DNA from: Octopus sinensis
Lineage: Eukaryota
Assembly: GCF_006345805.1 (NCBI RefSeq)
Contig: NC_043002.1
Coordinates: 75,020,001-75,084,000, forward strand
Direction: 5' to 3'
DNA length: 64,000 nt
The notes beneath the pieces are model-generated. The model made no database searches, was not told the origin of the DNA, and worked only from the letters and a program-made list of their open reading frames with translations. A program made the translations under genes and the position numbers. Shown here piece after piece: positions 1-13,379 of the stretch. Numbering within the stretch: the stretch's first letter is position 1; the number at the start of each line of letters is the position of its first letter.

Positions 1-196
1 TAGAAAATCCTCATGGGGGGACACAACACAGATACAGTGGCACCATTCAATTCAAGAATGCTAGTATACTAATGTTAAAATGGCATTTTTTATATATTCA
101 AGTTGTAAATAAAGAACATTTCACGAGTTTTAATATGTTATATAACTTTACAGTCTAATAACAACATATTAATTTCAAATTAAAAATAAATATTAA

Positions 197-991
197 CCCT
201 TTGAGCCCTGACCTCCTGAACCTTATTTCACCATATACCTGGCTTCCTGAGCAAAATAAGTTGAAAATTAAGTTAGTATCAATTACAGCTCTCAAAGCAA
301 AAATATCAATGTCAATAAAACTCTGACAACACAAATACACAACAGAGATGCCTACCTGGCTCCTAGTGTCAATATTCCACCTTTGTATGCCAATCGGTAC
401 AGTATGTTGATCCTCTTTTGATGCAGAGATGAACCTTGCATTCTTGGCAACAGACAGCTGATTTGACAGCTTTGACTGGATAATTCTTGTAAGGAACGCT
501 GGGGTTTTCTGATTTGAATTTGTTGTACTTCTTGGCACATACGACATGCAATGTGTTTGTAGACCCATCCTCTGAAATACGTGGATAGTAGCAGCCTGTG
601 CTTTGGAGATGAACAGAAACTGAATCAAGATCACTTGCAGGATATTCTTCTTCATTTTCTGCCTCTCATTCACTCAATTCATCTAATTGAGCGATCATTT
701 CAGCAGCTGTGAACAACTGCTTACATTGTCATTTTGGTTCAGAAGTTCAGGCTGACTTTGTTTCATGGTGAAAAAACTCTAATTTCGACATCAAAACAAG
801 CCACATTCAATTCAGAAAGGCAGCAGACATGTTGTTTTATCATTCTATAATCTAGGGGTGAATGAGCATTCTGAATGGATAAAAATAAATCATCGTACTT
901 CAGTGCAGATGCACTACACCGGTAGAGCAGTGCTATGGTATAGAGAAAAATAAGTCATCCACTGGTAAACCGGTGTTACGGGCTCAAAGGG
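197..991 (-). mobile_element. Internally deleted piggyBac element retaining the transposase C-terminal cysteine-rich domain
   Basis: TTAA at 193-196 and 992-995. 12-bp TIRs CCCTTTGAGCCC (197-208) / GGGCTCAAAGGG (980-991). Minus-strand ORF 369-551 (..VCAKK...VCCQECKVHLCIKRGSTYCTDWHT) matches the piggyBac C-terminal Cys-rich zinc-binding pattern. Confidence 0.88.
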
Positions 992-1109
992 TTAATTATC
1001 ATAATTTATAGCGCCATTTAATTTAAGAACGAATTGTAAAATATCATTTTTTTTGCTTTAAAAAGTTTATTCTGAGATCCAAAAAAGAAATAATAATAAT
1101 AAGCTCACA

Positions 1110-1735
1110 TAATCAGTATTTGGTTGGGTATCCAAAATTACTTAATACAGCTTTGCATTTGCGAAACATAGAATTGGTCAGATCATATATCACTGTTCAT
1201 GTGTTTTTTCACGATTTTCGCAAATAATGTTTAAAAAAATCATCCTTATTCTTTAGCTTATGACCTTGCACAGATCTACTCAACCTTTCCCAAAGATTTT
1301 CAATGGGATTTAGGTTGGGTGACTGCGCTGGCCACTGCATCAATTGAACTCTTTAAGGCTTAATATAACCTCTGACTAGGTGCGAAGTGTGTTTCGGATT
1401 GTTGTAATGCTGGAAAGATTGGTGCAAATGCTTTCAGGTGTATGGAAGCATAGTCTTATCCAATACTTCTAGATAGGACATACTATCCATAACGTCCTTA
1501 ATTCAGATTATAGGACCAATGCCATTTCCAGACATGCACCCCCCCACACACACACACCATCACACTTCCACCACCGTGCTTAATTGTAGGTTGGATGCAT
1601 TCTGGATGATATTCTTTGCTTAATATGCCTTCTTACATGCTTCCTGCAATCACTGCTGAACAAGTTGAACTTTGACTCGTCTGACCACAACACATTCGAC
1701 CAATCTGGTGGACTTCAATTCAAATGTTCTTTTGT
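1110..1735 (-). pseudogene. Decayed Tc1/mariner (Tc1-type) transposase
   Basis: Minus-strand translation gives VLWSDESKFN (~1663-1693), KEYHPECIQPTIKHGGGSVMV (~1557-1618) and WPAQSPNLNPIENLWE (~1287-1335). These are the hallmark Tc1 catalytic-domain motifs, here disrupted by indels. Confidence 0.9.
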
Positions 1736-1752
1736 CTTTTGTATATATTTAC

Positions 1753-1779
1753 ATACACACACACACACACACGTATAAA

Positions 1780-1834
<55 letters not shown>

Positions 1835-1885
1835 ATGTATGTATATATATATATTATATATATATATATATATACACATACACAT
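1753..1885. repeat. Compound (CA)n/(TG)n/(TA)n microsatellite
   Basis: Directly visible dinucleotide runs; source of the YI/HT-repeat pseudo-ORFs. Confidence 0.95.
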
Positions 1886-2117
1886 ATCTGCATGTATGAA
1901 TGTGTGTGTATTTGTCTCTACTTTTGCCATGATGGTTGCAAATAAGCATCATAGAAGTGGAGTTATTTCTTCCCAGTATTCCTTGAAAAACATGTCTGGC
2001 CATGGGAAGATATTACCTTGCTTGGAAAGTAACACTTGGTATCAGGAAGGGCATCTGACCACTGAAAATCTGCCTCAACAAATGCAGTTGCTGATGTTCG
2101 TTTGATGTAGAGTTTCT

Positions 2118-2346
2118 TATTTCTTTATTTCCCACAAGGGGCTAAAGATAGAGGGGACAAACAAGGACAGACCAAGGGATTAAGTTGATTACATCGACCC
2201 CTGTGCATAACTGGTACTTAATTTATTGACCCTGAAAGGATGAAAGGCAAAGTCGATCTCGGTGGAATTTGAACTCAGAACGTAATGGCAGACAAAATAC
2301 CATTGAGTATTTCACTCGGTGTGACGTTTCTGCTAGCTCGCCACCT
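2118..2346 (-). mobile_element. tRNA-type SINE, family A (label local to this report)
   Basis: Reverse complement reads GGTGGCGAGCTAGCAGAAACG...GAGTTCAAATTCC (B-box like)...GACTTTGCCTTTCATCCTTTC. Flanked by imperfect TSD TTTGATGTAGAGTTTCT (2101-2117) / TTTGATATAGGGTTTCT (2353-2369). Many other copies in the window. Confidence 0.88.
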
Positions 2347-2872
2347 TATTGGTTTGATATAGGGTTTCTGTGTGTGTTTTCCTGTCTTGTCAGATGGCTG
2401 AAAAAAAGATCTGGAAATACTCAGTGTTAAAGACCGCCAGGGTCATATTGTGTTGGTTGTATGTTGTTCGCACGTAATTAGTACAAATCTAGTGTTGATG
2501 AAAAGTACAAAATTCACCGACTTTTAATTGAAATTATGTATTTTTGGAAATAATTTTGTTGTAATTTTATAATTATTCCCATACTTTTTACTGCCCCTCC
2601 CTCTACTTTTTTTTTTATCATGGCTTGCCAAGTAGAAGTAAATATCTTGCTCAGTATTTTCTTGCAGTGGAATTATACAGACCAATGAGCCATATTAAAA
2701 GAATCTGATGTCTTATTTATTCCACAGTTCTGTTTGTTATAATTAACAAAGTTCACACATGGATGCAAGTATGTAAACATGCCTGTGAATGTGAGCCAGC
2801 AAGAGAAGTTACTCTGGTGAGTAATAACTCACTCTACTAGAAATAGCAACCAATTCTCCTTTGACACCCTTC

Positions 2873-3074
2873 ATACTCTTTACTTGTTTTAATTATTTGA
2901 CTGTGGCTATGCTGGAGCACTGCCTTTAGTCAAGCAAATCAACCCCAGCACTTATTCTTTGTAAGCCTAGTACTTATTTTATTGGTCTCTTTTGCCAAAC
3001 TGCTAAGTTACGGTATGTAAACACACCACCATCGGTTGTCAAACAATGTTGTGGGGACAAACACAGACACACAA

Positions 3075-3133
<59 letters not shown>

Positions 3134-3306
3134 CATATATATACACGACGGGCTTCTTTCAGTTTCTGTCTACCAAATTTACTCACTAGGCTTTGGTCAG
3201 CCCGAGGCTATAGCATAAGACACTTGCCCAAGGTGCCACGCAGTGGGACTGAACCTAGAACCATGTGGTTGGTAAGCAAGCTACTTACCACACAGCCACT
3301 CCTGCG
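2873..3306 (-). mobile_element. tRNA-type SINE, family B, with internal (TG)n and CR1-like tail
   Basis: Reverse-complement match along its full length to the + copy at 5558-5953; B-box-like GGTTCAGTCCC. Confidence 0.9.
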
Positions 3307-4132
3307 TCTTCAAAAAAAAAAACATTGGAAATGTAATTCTTCATATTCAAAAGGATGGTGTGGCCATGGTTGGAATGCCATTGATCTCAAACACCACCAC
3401 CAACAGCAGCATATCTGCACATGAGATTGCAGAGCATGCCTTCATAATGTTTTGATAAACTGGAGTGTTTTTCAGTGATTAGGTCTGTCAGTGATCCCTG
3501 GTGCTGAACTATTAAATTCATACAAGATACCATTATCTATTTATCACAGCAGATCTTGTAATTAGATCTACATTAGTGCTGCGAAAGTAGGTAATTGAAA
3601 CACTAATATCACATTAGTCATGGAATCATCTCAGATATTTTGGACTTGATTTATTTATTGGGTGCAAGAATGTTTACACTTGTTGTTCGGTGTTGGTTGT
3701 TTTTGGTTATTTGATACTCCTTTATCCTGAAAATGCTTCCTGCCTTCATTGCATCACTTCACTCTGACTGGCCAGATCAGTGTTTTTGGTGGAATGTACG
3801 ACTAGGAAGAAATGTGATGGAAGTGGGTGGGGTGAGAGGAAAAAGCTGCAGTAGTAAGTGGAAAGTGGCCTTGTGCTTCTCCTGTACCCCCCTTTCTCTC
3901 TGCATGTATTTGCATATATATATGTATGTATGTATGTGTGTATGTATCTTTGTCCCTCCCTTATTCTTGTGTTAAGAAAGGCTTGCCTGCTGAAAAGATA
4001 CAGATTGCAATAACATTATTTCTGCTAATTTGGAATTATGTGGATGACTGCTGAAGAATGCAAGACAGGAATTGGTGGGGAAGGGAGAGAAACATCTTCA
4101 TTTTCTTTCTCTCTCTCTCTCTCTCTCTCATA

Positions 4133-4163
<31 letters not shown>

Positions 4164-4382
4164 CACACACTTTTACTTATTATCTGTCTATTGCACTTCA
4201 TCTCTCACACTTACTACATCTCTATTTCACTTAACTATGTTTCTGCATTACTCTCTGTCTGTCTGTCTCTCTCTCAGACCAAGCTACCCAATTTTCTTTA
4301 TTCTTGCTTAACCTTTCACTTTTTTTCTCACTCATCTCCTCATTTTTCTTACCGTTGTTTATATGTATTATGTATTATAATG

Positions 4383-4570
4383 GTGGTGAGCTGGCAGAAT
4401 ACTTAGCAGTATTTCGCTTGTGTTTACGTTCTGAGTTCAAATTCAGCTGGGGTCGACTTTGCCTTTCATCTTTCAGGGTCAATAAAATAAGTACCCATTA
4501 AGCACTGGGATCAATATAATCAACTTAATCCCCCCCCTAAATTGCTGGCCTTGTGCCAAAATTCGAAACC
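4383..4570 (+). mobile_element. SINE family A (internal deletion)
   Basis: GGTGAGCTGGCAGAA...TTCTGAGTTCAAATTC...GTCGACTTTGCCTTTCATC...GGCCTTGTGCC, shared with other copies. Confidence 0.85.
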
Positions 4571-4859
4571 GTTATTTATATGTATTATTCTTTCCTCGTG
4601 AAATTTCTTTCTTTCTCTTTCTAACAATCATCTTCAATGCTTTAATTTCTCTTTCCATCATTCCACCCTGCTCTCTCTCTCTCTCTCTCTCTCGAACTCC
4701 TACATACTTTGGGAAAAGTTTACCTTGATTAGTATTACTACAATGTTTCTGTAACGAGAATTTCTTATGAACAGGGAGTTGTTTTTTTTTTTAAATCTGG
4801 AATGATGCTCCAACATCATCAACAAAATTCTGAATTACCTCATCCGATTGCTAGTTTAA

Positions 4860-5057
4860 CCCTTTAGCATCTAAATCGGTCATATCCGGCTCAAATAGTG
4901 TATCCTGTTTTATGCTCAAACTGGCCAGATCTGACCTCTCCTATAAAAATAATCCCATCATTGAAGTCTTGAAGCTGTGAGATAATGCATGGTTAATTCA
5001 AAACAATGCAAAAAAAAAAAGCATTGTATTTGACAAAGGAATTTGGATGCTAAAGAG
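4860..5057. mobile_element. piggyBac-like MITE
   Basis: TTAA at 4856-4859 and 5058-5061; TIR CCCTTTAGCATC / GATGCTAAAGAG; a second, inverted copy lies at ~51910-52783. Confidence 0.82.
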
Positions 5058-5557
5058 TTAAGTTACCCCACTGAAAAACTTTAAATCCCTGACTTACTGT
5101 CATGTTGCTCCCCCTTGTCTTTTCCATTAACTGCTATTATGTCTTCATACATTAGTACAAAGACACTGATTCGTAACTTGGAGTGGAATTGGTTATATTG
5201 ACCCTAGTACATAACTGGTATGTATTTTGTTAACTTTAGAGAGATGAAAGACAAAGTCAATTCTTTTTGGTTTAGAACTTCGACTATGAGGAGATAAAAA
5301 TAAAATGCTGTTAAAAGTCCAACTTTTTGTTGCTGCTAGCATTTACCCCCCCCTCTCCCTTTTTTTTTGGTCAGAGGTAGAATTGATTATCTTAAACACT
5401 TTTGCCAACAAGTATGTGCATCTACAGTCAAGAAATTTAGACAGATATGAGTGATAAGGCATGTGCATCATCAGAGAAACATTTGTTTTGTAGCAGTTTG
5501 AATTCTGCCGAAGTGGTCAGGTTCGACATATAAGTGATATCATCAATATATTTTTGT

Positions 5558-5953
5558 TCAGGCACAGCAGTGGCTGTGTGGTAAGTAAGTTGCTTACCAA
5601 CCACATGGTTCCGGGTTCTCATCCCACTGCATGGCACCTTGTGCAAGTGTCTTCTACTATAGCCTCAAGCCAACCAAAACCTTGTGTGTCGATTTGGTAG
5701 ATGGAAACTGAAAGAAGCTTGTTGTATGTATATGTGTGTGTGTGTGCATATGTTTGTGTGTCTGTATTTGTCACTCACCTTCGCTTGGCAACTGATGTTA
5801 GTGTGTTTACATTCCTTTAACTTAGCAGTTCGGCAAAAGAGATTGATAGAACACGTACTAAGCTTACAAAGAATAAGTCCTGGGGTTGATTCTTTCAACT
5901 AAAAGTGGTGCTCCAGCATGGCTGCAGTTAAGTGACTGAAACAAATAAAAGAA
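5558..5953 (+). mobile_element. SINE family B, near full length
   Basis: Head GTGGCTGTGTGGTAAG...GGGTTCTCATCCCACTGCATGGCACCTTG, internal (TG)n, tail GGTGCTCCAGCATGGCTGCAGTTAAGTGACTGAAAC-AAATAAAAGA. Confidence 0.9.
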
Positions 5954-6051
5954 CCCTAATATTCATATAGTCTGTATTGATGTCATCAATATATAGTTGT
6001 TTATAACATTAATATTTCATATGGGCTGTCAAATTTTAAACACATGACATT

Positions 6052-6442
6052 GGTGCAGGCTTGGGTGTGCAGTTAAGAAGTTCGTTTTGCAACTATGTGA
6101 TTTCAGGTTCAGTTCCCCTGCATGGCACCTTAAGCAAGCACCTTTCTATTATAGCCCCAGGCTGACCAATACCTTATGAGTGAATTTGGTAGATGGAAAT
6201 TGTGTGGAAGTCTGTTGTGTATGTATGTGTGTGTATATGTCCTCATTTCTGTTTGTGTCTTGACAGCTATTGTTGGTTTGTTTATGTTCCTGTAACTTAG
6301 TAGTTCACTAAAAGAGAATGCTAGAATAAATACCAGAATTAAAAAAAGGAAATGCTGAATCAATTTTGTTTGTCTAAAATCCTTGAAGCCTGTGCTCCAG
6401 CTTGGTTGTGGTTCGATGAGTGAAACAAGTAAAAGATAAAAA
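6052..6442 (+). mobile_element. SINE family B, older copy
   Basis: Colinear but more diverged match to 5558-5953. Confidence 0.82.
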
Positions 6443-6693
6443 AGGTAACTCGCCCTTTTATACTCAGTACTCGATCAGTTGTTGTGTGTCCGTGTCCATA
6501 TGTTACTGTTTGTGGAGAATCTCAAACCTAGAGTTAGTCTCATTAAATAAGATCTTATCCAGGTTTTTGCAGCCATCTATTTTTTCTTTTTTTTTTTTGT
6601 TAGTAAAAAAAATATGAACATTTATGGTTTGTGTATGAGTGTACCTGTATGTATATGTGTGAGTGTGTGTATATATATATGTGTGTGTGTGTG

Positions 6694-6739
<46 letters not shown>

Positions 6740-7466
6740 TGTATGTATATATATATATATATGTATCTATGTGTGTGTATGTACCTGTATAAAAGTCTGC
6801 AATGTATAAACATATGTTTGTACATTCAAAGGGTTAATAATGTTAAACATGTATTGCTGTAATACATAGAGAGATGTAAGAAACATAACATAAATTGATA
6901 GAGCTCATCTAAATTGTATACCATTTTACATCTTGATAGCTACTCCAGAACACATCTACATTATTTCACAAATTAAATTAAACTTACCACAGGTGAACAA
7001 CATGATGTATTTGTAGAAGGAAAAGGTTTTATTTATTTCTTATAAATACATTCTACCTTTCCATGCGCCTGCTTCTCTCTCTCATCTCAACTTCAACTTG
7101 TGTCAAAAAGTTTTCATTAGTCTCTTTATATGAGGCGAATATGATAATCTCCAGGATGGGATTGCTATTTAAGGGTTAATTGTGGTAGGTAGTTATTCAT
7201 CAGATATGAATGTTATTTTTATTTTCTTTGCACATCAGCGAAGAAAGAAAAAACAACAAAAAACAAAACAAAACAAAAAAGAAAACTAACAAAATAAATA
7301 AAATAGAGGAAACCAAGGATGGATAGATCAACAGAACTCCCAAGAACATCTGGTTCCTTACAGTTCTGGTTCAGATCTACTAGTTTTTTTTTTTTTAATT
7401 TTCTTTTTTCTTTTTGTACTTTTTACTTTTTTCCATCCCCACTCTTACCTTCCTTTCCTTTTAAAG

Positions 7467-7507
7467 GTCGCGGTGCAGCTAAATTCGTTCCAGAAATTTC
7501 TAATTAA
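7467..7507 (+). other. Candidate short coding exon / alternative terminal exon, (G)RGAAKFVPEISN*
   Basis: ~80-nt pyrimidine tract (7384-7462) ending TTTTAAAG, followed by a CpG-retaining, non-repetitive 41-nt stretch ending in TAA. No homology recognised. Confidence 0.35.
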
Positions 7508-8082
7508 GAACATTTTCTTAGAATGTCATATCTTCTTAGCTCAGGGCAGAGGTTGTGTGAAGAGAAAAGCTGTGTTGTGGTAGTTAGAGAGTCGGAACTC
7601 ACTCTAATACCACATCACCGCCATCACATGCACTCGCATACACACACTGATGAAATGCTATATGATAGCAATATTAGCTGGAAATACACTGTTATGCCGA
7701 TCTGTTTTAACACTCACTAAATCAAATATTAAACTGATGATAATGTGATATGAGGGAAGTCATGAAGATTATTATTTGATAAGCTCAACCCTATTAAATG
7801 AATGAAGCTTTTCATAATGCATTCAGAAGGAACTTCAGATGAATCCTGATCCTAGACAGTTTGATATATTGCATCATTATCATCATCTTTTTAATGTCCA
7901 TTTTCCATGCTGGCATAGGTCAGGCTGAATTTGTCCAGATGGATTTTCTATGGCCAGATGCTCCTTTTGCCTCCAACCCTCATCTGTTTCCAAGCAGGAG
8001 GGCAAGATTTGTTTCCATAGAAAACTGGAGTTGAATTATGGTTGCATAATGTCAGGACAAGGATGGACAGTCAGATGGAGAG

Positions 8083-8121
<39 letters not shown>

Positions 8122-8419
8122 CAGGCTTCTTTCTGTCTACTTAATTCACTCACAAGGCTCCAGTCTGCTTGGAACTATAATACAAGACACTTGCCCATGG
8201 TGCCCTACCATGGGACTGAACCCAAGACCATGTGATTTGGAAGTTTCTTATATATGAGTTATTTTGTATCAACAAAGTCAGAAATTATCATCAAGTTCAT
8301 GATGCCAGTATTGCTGAAGAATAAATAGGCCCTTGGAATTTCTCATGTTATAGTCCTAACAATATGTCTCTGGATTGTTTTCAGTCCCCAATTTTAACTG
8401 TTGTTTGTTTAATAAGATT

Positions 8420-8427
8420 CATCATTG

Positions 8428-8465
<38 letters not shown>

Positions 8466-8775
8466 GAGTGAGAGAGCAGCGCATGTCATCAAAGTGACAC
8501 TGGAGTACAAATAGACAAAGCCTAACATACCCATCATGACAACCCATCTGACAAAGGTACAGCAGGCACATGACTCACAACCATATGTGCGCGACATGGT
8601 AATCTCATATCAAGATTAACAGTGCATGATCTTGCAGGTGGGACCCAGTTAGAATTTTCTTCAGGTTGAGTAGCTCATCCCACTCAAAAAGTCCCTGAAT
8701 AAGGGTTGTTTAAGGATATTGGACAAAACACCCATGTTTTCAGATGTGAATTATCCAAACCCCAAAGAATTCCTC
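8420..8775 (-). mobile_element. Probable 3' end of a non-LTR retroelement with (AAT)n tail
   Basis: GC-richer complex block ending, on the minus strand, in a long (AAT)n run (8424-8465); family not assigned. Confidence 0.45.
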
Positions 8776-8805
8776 AGAAAGTAATAATAAAAACAACAGA
8801 AATAA

Positions 8806-9023
8806 TAATCCTTTCTACTATAAGCACAAGGCCTGAAATTTTGGGGGAGAAGGCCAGTCGATTAGATTGACCCCAGTATGCAACTGGTAGTTAATTTATC
8901 ATCTCTGAAAGGATGAAAGGCAAAGTTGAGCTTGTCAGAATTTGAACTCAGAACGTAGCAGCAGATGAAATACCGCTAAGCATTTTGCTTGGCATGCTAA
9001 TGATTGTGCCAGCTCGCCACCTT
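8806..9023 (-). mobile_element. SINE family A, full length
   Basis: Reverse-complement match to 33007-33210, including head GGTGGCGAGCTGGCAC and B-box-like GAGTTCAAATTC. Confidence 0.88.
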
Positions 9024-9026
9024 GAC

Positions 9027-9074
<48 letters not shown>

Positions 9075-9941
9075 CAGTTCTTTCTGTCAAAATGTGAAGA
9101 CACTGTGAGTGAAAGGCGTCAACTTGTATCAACAGCCAAACAACCATACAACAAACAGCGTTGTCATTCAATATCCCTGATATAGTTTTTCTGACATTTT
9201 AAGTATGAAACTATCTGTTTATAAACCCATAAAGATCTTAGTGTAAGGTAATAGTGATCCTTAAATCTTTTCTTCTTTTAAAGGTGCTTGACAGATCAAC
9301 TTTGTAGATGCATTGGGGTGGATGGGTTTGATTTAGATGGGATTAGGTGGGAGGCAGCAGAGGCCAAGATCAGGTGACCACAGTATGTGGTATTGGTTTC
9401 CAAAGGGATTTTGTGTGTCTGTGTATTTGTATGTGGGGAGGGTAAGGTTGATGTTGCCACCCCTCAACCCCTTTGTGAGTCTTTATAGAATAAAGTTCTT
9501 GTTGATTCAGGGAAAGAGTCTTATTCAGCTCTCTAAATAAACATAAAACAGGTGTAAAACAGATGCATGGGCTATGAATTACAACAGATGTATGGAGGCA
9601 AAATAGGATTAACTCTCTCTCTTCCCATGCTTTCACTACACTCTTGTTGCCTATGTGTTGTGATGGTAGGTTAGGGTTGTGTTATGTGTCCAAAGGATAT
9701 TGTGGTTCTTGTAGTTATTTCAATATTTATAGCTCACTGAACTAACGCTCATATTTTTCTCTCAACATTTTACAATGTTTTTCTTTCTTCCCACACCAAC
9801 CCTCCCTACTGTCTGTCAGTCTTCTTTATCAAATGGCAATAATTATAACGAGTATGCTTATGGCTTGAATCTGCTTAGCTCCATTCCTGTACATGGATCA
9901 CACTTTCTCTTATTTACAAAGAAAAAAAAATCTTATACAAT

Positions 9942-10054
9942 AGGTGCAAGTATGGTTGTGTGCTTAAGAAGGTCACTTAGGAACCTTGTGCTTTTGGTTT
10001 CAGTTCCTCTGCATGGCACCTTGGGCAAATATCTTCTGCTATAGTCACAGGCTG

Positions 10055-10087
<33 letters not shown>

Positions 10088-10460
10088 CTTTGTTTGCTCC
10101 CTATATATCGATATTTTCTGTACCAATAGCCTTGCTTTTGTAAGAAGTTTTCTTCTTGTCCTATCAATTTAATATTTGTGTCCAGTGATGTTTAACACCT
10201 TTCTTTGATAATGATCCCCTGTGATAGCTGTATCTTTCATTTGGTAGTGTTATTAATGAGCCTTGCATTGATTTTGAAGATGAGTTTTGACAATTGGTGT
10301 TGGTTTGTTTATGCCCCTGTAACTTAGCAGTTTGGCAGAAGAGACTTACAGAATAAGTATCAGGCTTTAAAAATAAGTTCTGGGGTCAATTTGTTCAACT
10401 TAACCCTTGAAGCTGATGCCCTAGCATGGCTACCGTCAAATAACTGAAACCAGTAAAGGG
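9942..10460 (+). mobile_element. SINE family B with ~190-bp unrelated internal segment
   Basis: Head at 9942-10060 plus (TG)n; tail half resumes at ~10290 (GACAATTGGTGTTGGTTTGTTTATG...CTAGCATGGCTACCGTCAAATAACTGAAAC). Confidence 0.78.
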
Positions 10461-10621
10461 AGATAATTAGTTATTGATTTCCAACATTATCCCAATGTTA
10501 TAAAATTTGGTTAGAGGATCCAGTTGAATAAACACCCTCAGTATTTTATTCTATTGACATCTGGAAAGGTATAGGGGAAAATTGACCTTGGAAGGATTTG
10601 AAATCAGAATCAGAATTCTCC

Positions 10622-10790
10622 AACTCAGCATCTCACTACTTCTGTCATCATCTTCATGATGTTCAACTTCCTGCAGGTCAGCTTTCACCATTTCTTTCCA
10701 TGTCTTCTTTACTCTTCTGCAGGTTCCTACCACTTGGTTTGCTTGACACTTCTTGACCTAACCATCATCTACAATGCATCACATGTCCTT
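10622..10790 (-). mobile_element. RTE-type LINE ORF2 C-terminal fragment
   Basis: ORF 10551-10733 gives VGTCRRVKKTWKEMVKADL, resembling the RTE C-terminal G..RGRP.KTW...V..DL motif; GHVMH is readable just upstream on the minus strand. Confidence 0.65.
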
Positions 10791-10896
10791 ACTGTATTTT
10801 TGTTGCTTACTTTCATTTTCCTAACAGCATTTCTGTACACGGTTTGTGTGTGTGTGTCTGTTTGGGTGGAAGTGTGGGATATTCAGTCATCCATAC

Positions 10897-11159
10897 CAGT
10901 GGTTCTCAGCTGGGGTCCACATGATGGAAGGTGGGTGGGGAGAGGCACACATCAAATTTTGTTAAAATTTATGTGCAATTAATTGGTTATACTTCAACAA
11001 CACAAAATATTTTAACAACTTCTTTTTATACGGTTCCTAGAAACATTTAATCGAGAAAATTTAGTAGGAGTTTTAAAACATCGAATGGCTATGAGGGCCC
11101 ATCTGAGTAAAATATGGACCAAAGGGAGTCCATATGTAAAAAATGGTTGACAAACACTG
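10897..11159. mobile_element. hAT-type MITE
   Basis: Termini CAGTGGTTCTCA / TGACAAACACTG; 8-bp TSD ATCCATAC (10889-10896) / ATCTATAC (11160-11167). Confidence 0.85.
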
Positions 11160-12686
11160 ATCTATACCTACTGTTTTTGGTTTGACATATATGTCACACC
11201 CCTAATTTAGTATTAAATTTTAGTACAAATTTTTTTCTTTTCTTATTCTTATTTTCTTGATGTCAGTTTTGCACCCCAGTTTTTTTTTTTTACTTCAGTT
11301 AAAAATCATGTATAAAATAATGTAAGTTATACATGCAGTGCAGTACTCTGTCAAAACCCCTCTCTGGGTCGATACTGAAGTGGTTTACGCTTTGTTAAGA
11401 ACTTCCCATGGGTTGTCTGTATAGGAAGAGGGGCAGCTTTGGTGGTACCCAATCCTAGCACAAACAAGGAATTTTCTTCCTAATTAGTTGTGCTATATCT
11501 CTTTAACAAGTTTTTATATTTTTATGTTGATTTTTTTTCTTTGTGGGGGTGGGCTACCATGTTGTAGTGAAGCTATCTGCCTCCTCACTTCACACTTTAC
11601 CATCAGATTTTATTTCTCACTATTCTTTATCTTATTTTACTTTATTTTTATTTAGTGAATTTCATCCTTTTTTATTATTATTATTATTATTTGTTGCTTA
11701 ATTTCTTTGCCTGCTGGTCTCCCTTCCTCCCTCTCTCTCACCGTTTGCTCCTGCCCTTCCTCTTCTTATTTTCATCACCCATCCTCCTCCACCCCTGTCA
11801 CCCACCCTAACTCTTCTGGCTGGTGTATATTTTTCTTACACTTTATCTGATTTGTGTTGGTCATGTTTACCTTAGCTAGTGAATGTAACAAGGGAAAGTT
11901 TATTGAGAGCCCTCCCTGCCCTATCCCCAACTCCCATGCTACTTCCTGTTAGAAAAATATACACCCTACTCACATCCACCTGTCACTCTCTATTATTTTG
12001 AGTCATTCTACTTTTTGACTTACTCTACGTTCTTGCTCTCCTTTCTTAGAGCTGTCTGTCTGCCGGTTTGTTTTTGTTGTGGCTGTTGCTTCTGTTGTTG
12101 TTATCATAGTGCCACTACATTAGCTTATTCTTTCATTTCTGAGGGGTGAGTTGAGATGGAGGCAAGTGGGCAAATGAAAAGGTGCCCTCTTGCTATACAG
12201 GAGTGGAGATCATGGGAGCCTGGACACACACAGCATTCTCTCTTTCATATCTTCTCTCTGGTTGTCTTTTTTTTTTTTTTTATTTCTCTATTTTTTGGTC
12301 ATCCTTCCTTTCTCCCACATCTCTCTTTTTCTCTCCCTTTCTTCATCTCTTTGTCTCTCTCTCTCTCTCTCCCTCTCCTTGTACACCAATCCCAATCTTT
12401 TGTAGTAGAGAAGTACCAAATCTTTGGAACCCACCATTCAATTCTACACACACATACACACTCACACACACACATTGACCCTGCCTGTGTGTTTGTGTCT
12501 ATTAAAACCTTGAGGAATATAGAATAAAAAGTTTAATGTCAAGGACTATTGGTATTTGTGGAAATGGTGATGGAAATGATAATACTGTTGGTGCTGGTGC
12601 TGACTGTGGTAGGTATGTGTGCGTGTATGTTTGTGTCTTCACTGAATCATAGGAACCCTCTTTTTGTGTGTGTGTGTGTGTGTATT

Positions 12687-12732
<46 letters not shown>

Positions 12733-13327
12733 GTCTAGCTATACACACATACACCACAGCTGATAAGATAGCTAACAGTAATGTTTACATTAGGTTTGTA
12801 TGGTAGTTTTGATCTTTATTTTCTTTATATTACTGTATGCTTGCCTATGTGTATGTATGTATATGTATTTTTTTTTAGTTTTATATCTATAGTTTATTAT
12901 TTTTCTTTGGTTTCAGCTTCCCCTTCCCATCTTTACAATTGGGGGGGGGGTTCCTCTTGCACCCACCACCCCAACTACTGTTTAGGTTTCAGAATGTGAT
13001 AAGGGTTTCAGCTTGTCAAAACCATCAGCCCCACCACACACACAGAGGAACAGCTTAAACAATCTTTTTGCAGTCAGCAGCCTTTCTCAATTTCTTAAAT
13101 TCTGCCCAGCCTCCACCCAAACCTACCCACTTCTCCTAACTTCCCATCCATGGAATACCCAACCCACCCATTCCAATGCTTATGTATACACACACACACA
13201 CACTCATAATCAGTCAATCAATCAACTCAAAAGTTGTTGCTTTTGACTTTAATTCCAACCCTCTTTTTTTTTCTTATTTCTGCTCCTCCCACTTTTCCAT
13301 CCCTCATCCACTCCTCATTCATCTCTC

Positions 13328-13379
<52 letters not shown>

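Noticed and set aside
155-673. 172-aa minus-strand ORF as an intact gene
   Set aside because: Overlaps the piggyBac relic; the recognisable Cys-rich motif is in another frame (369-551), so this is decayed transposase sequence.
7324-7379. Imperfect hairpin as a pre-miRNA
   Set aside because: Short stems with several bulges; within what chance would produce.
7646-7690. CTGATGA...GAAA as another hammerhead
   Set aside because: Stem II does not close adjacent to the core, and there is no stem I/III pairing.
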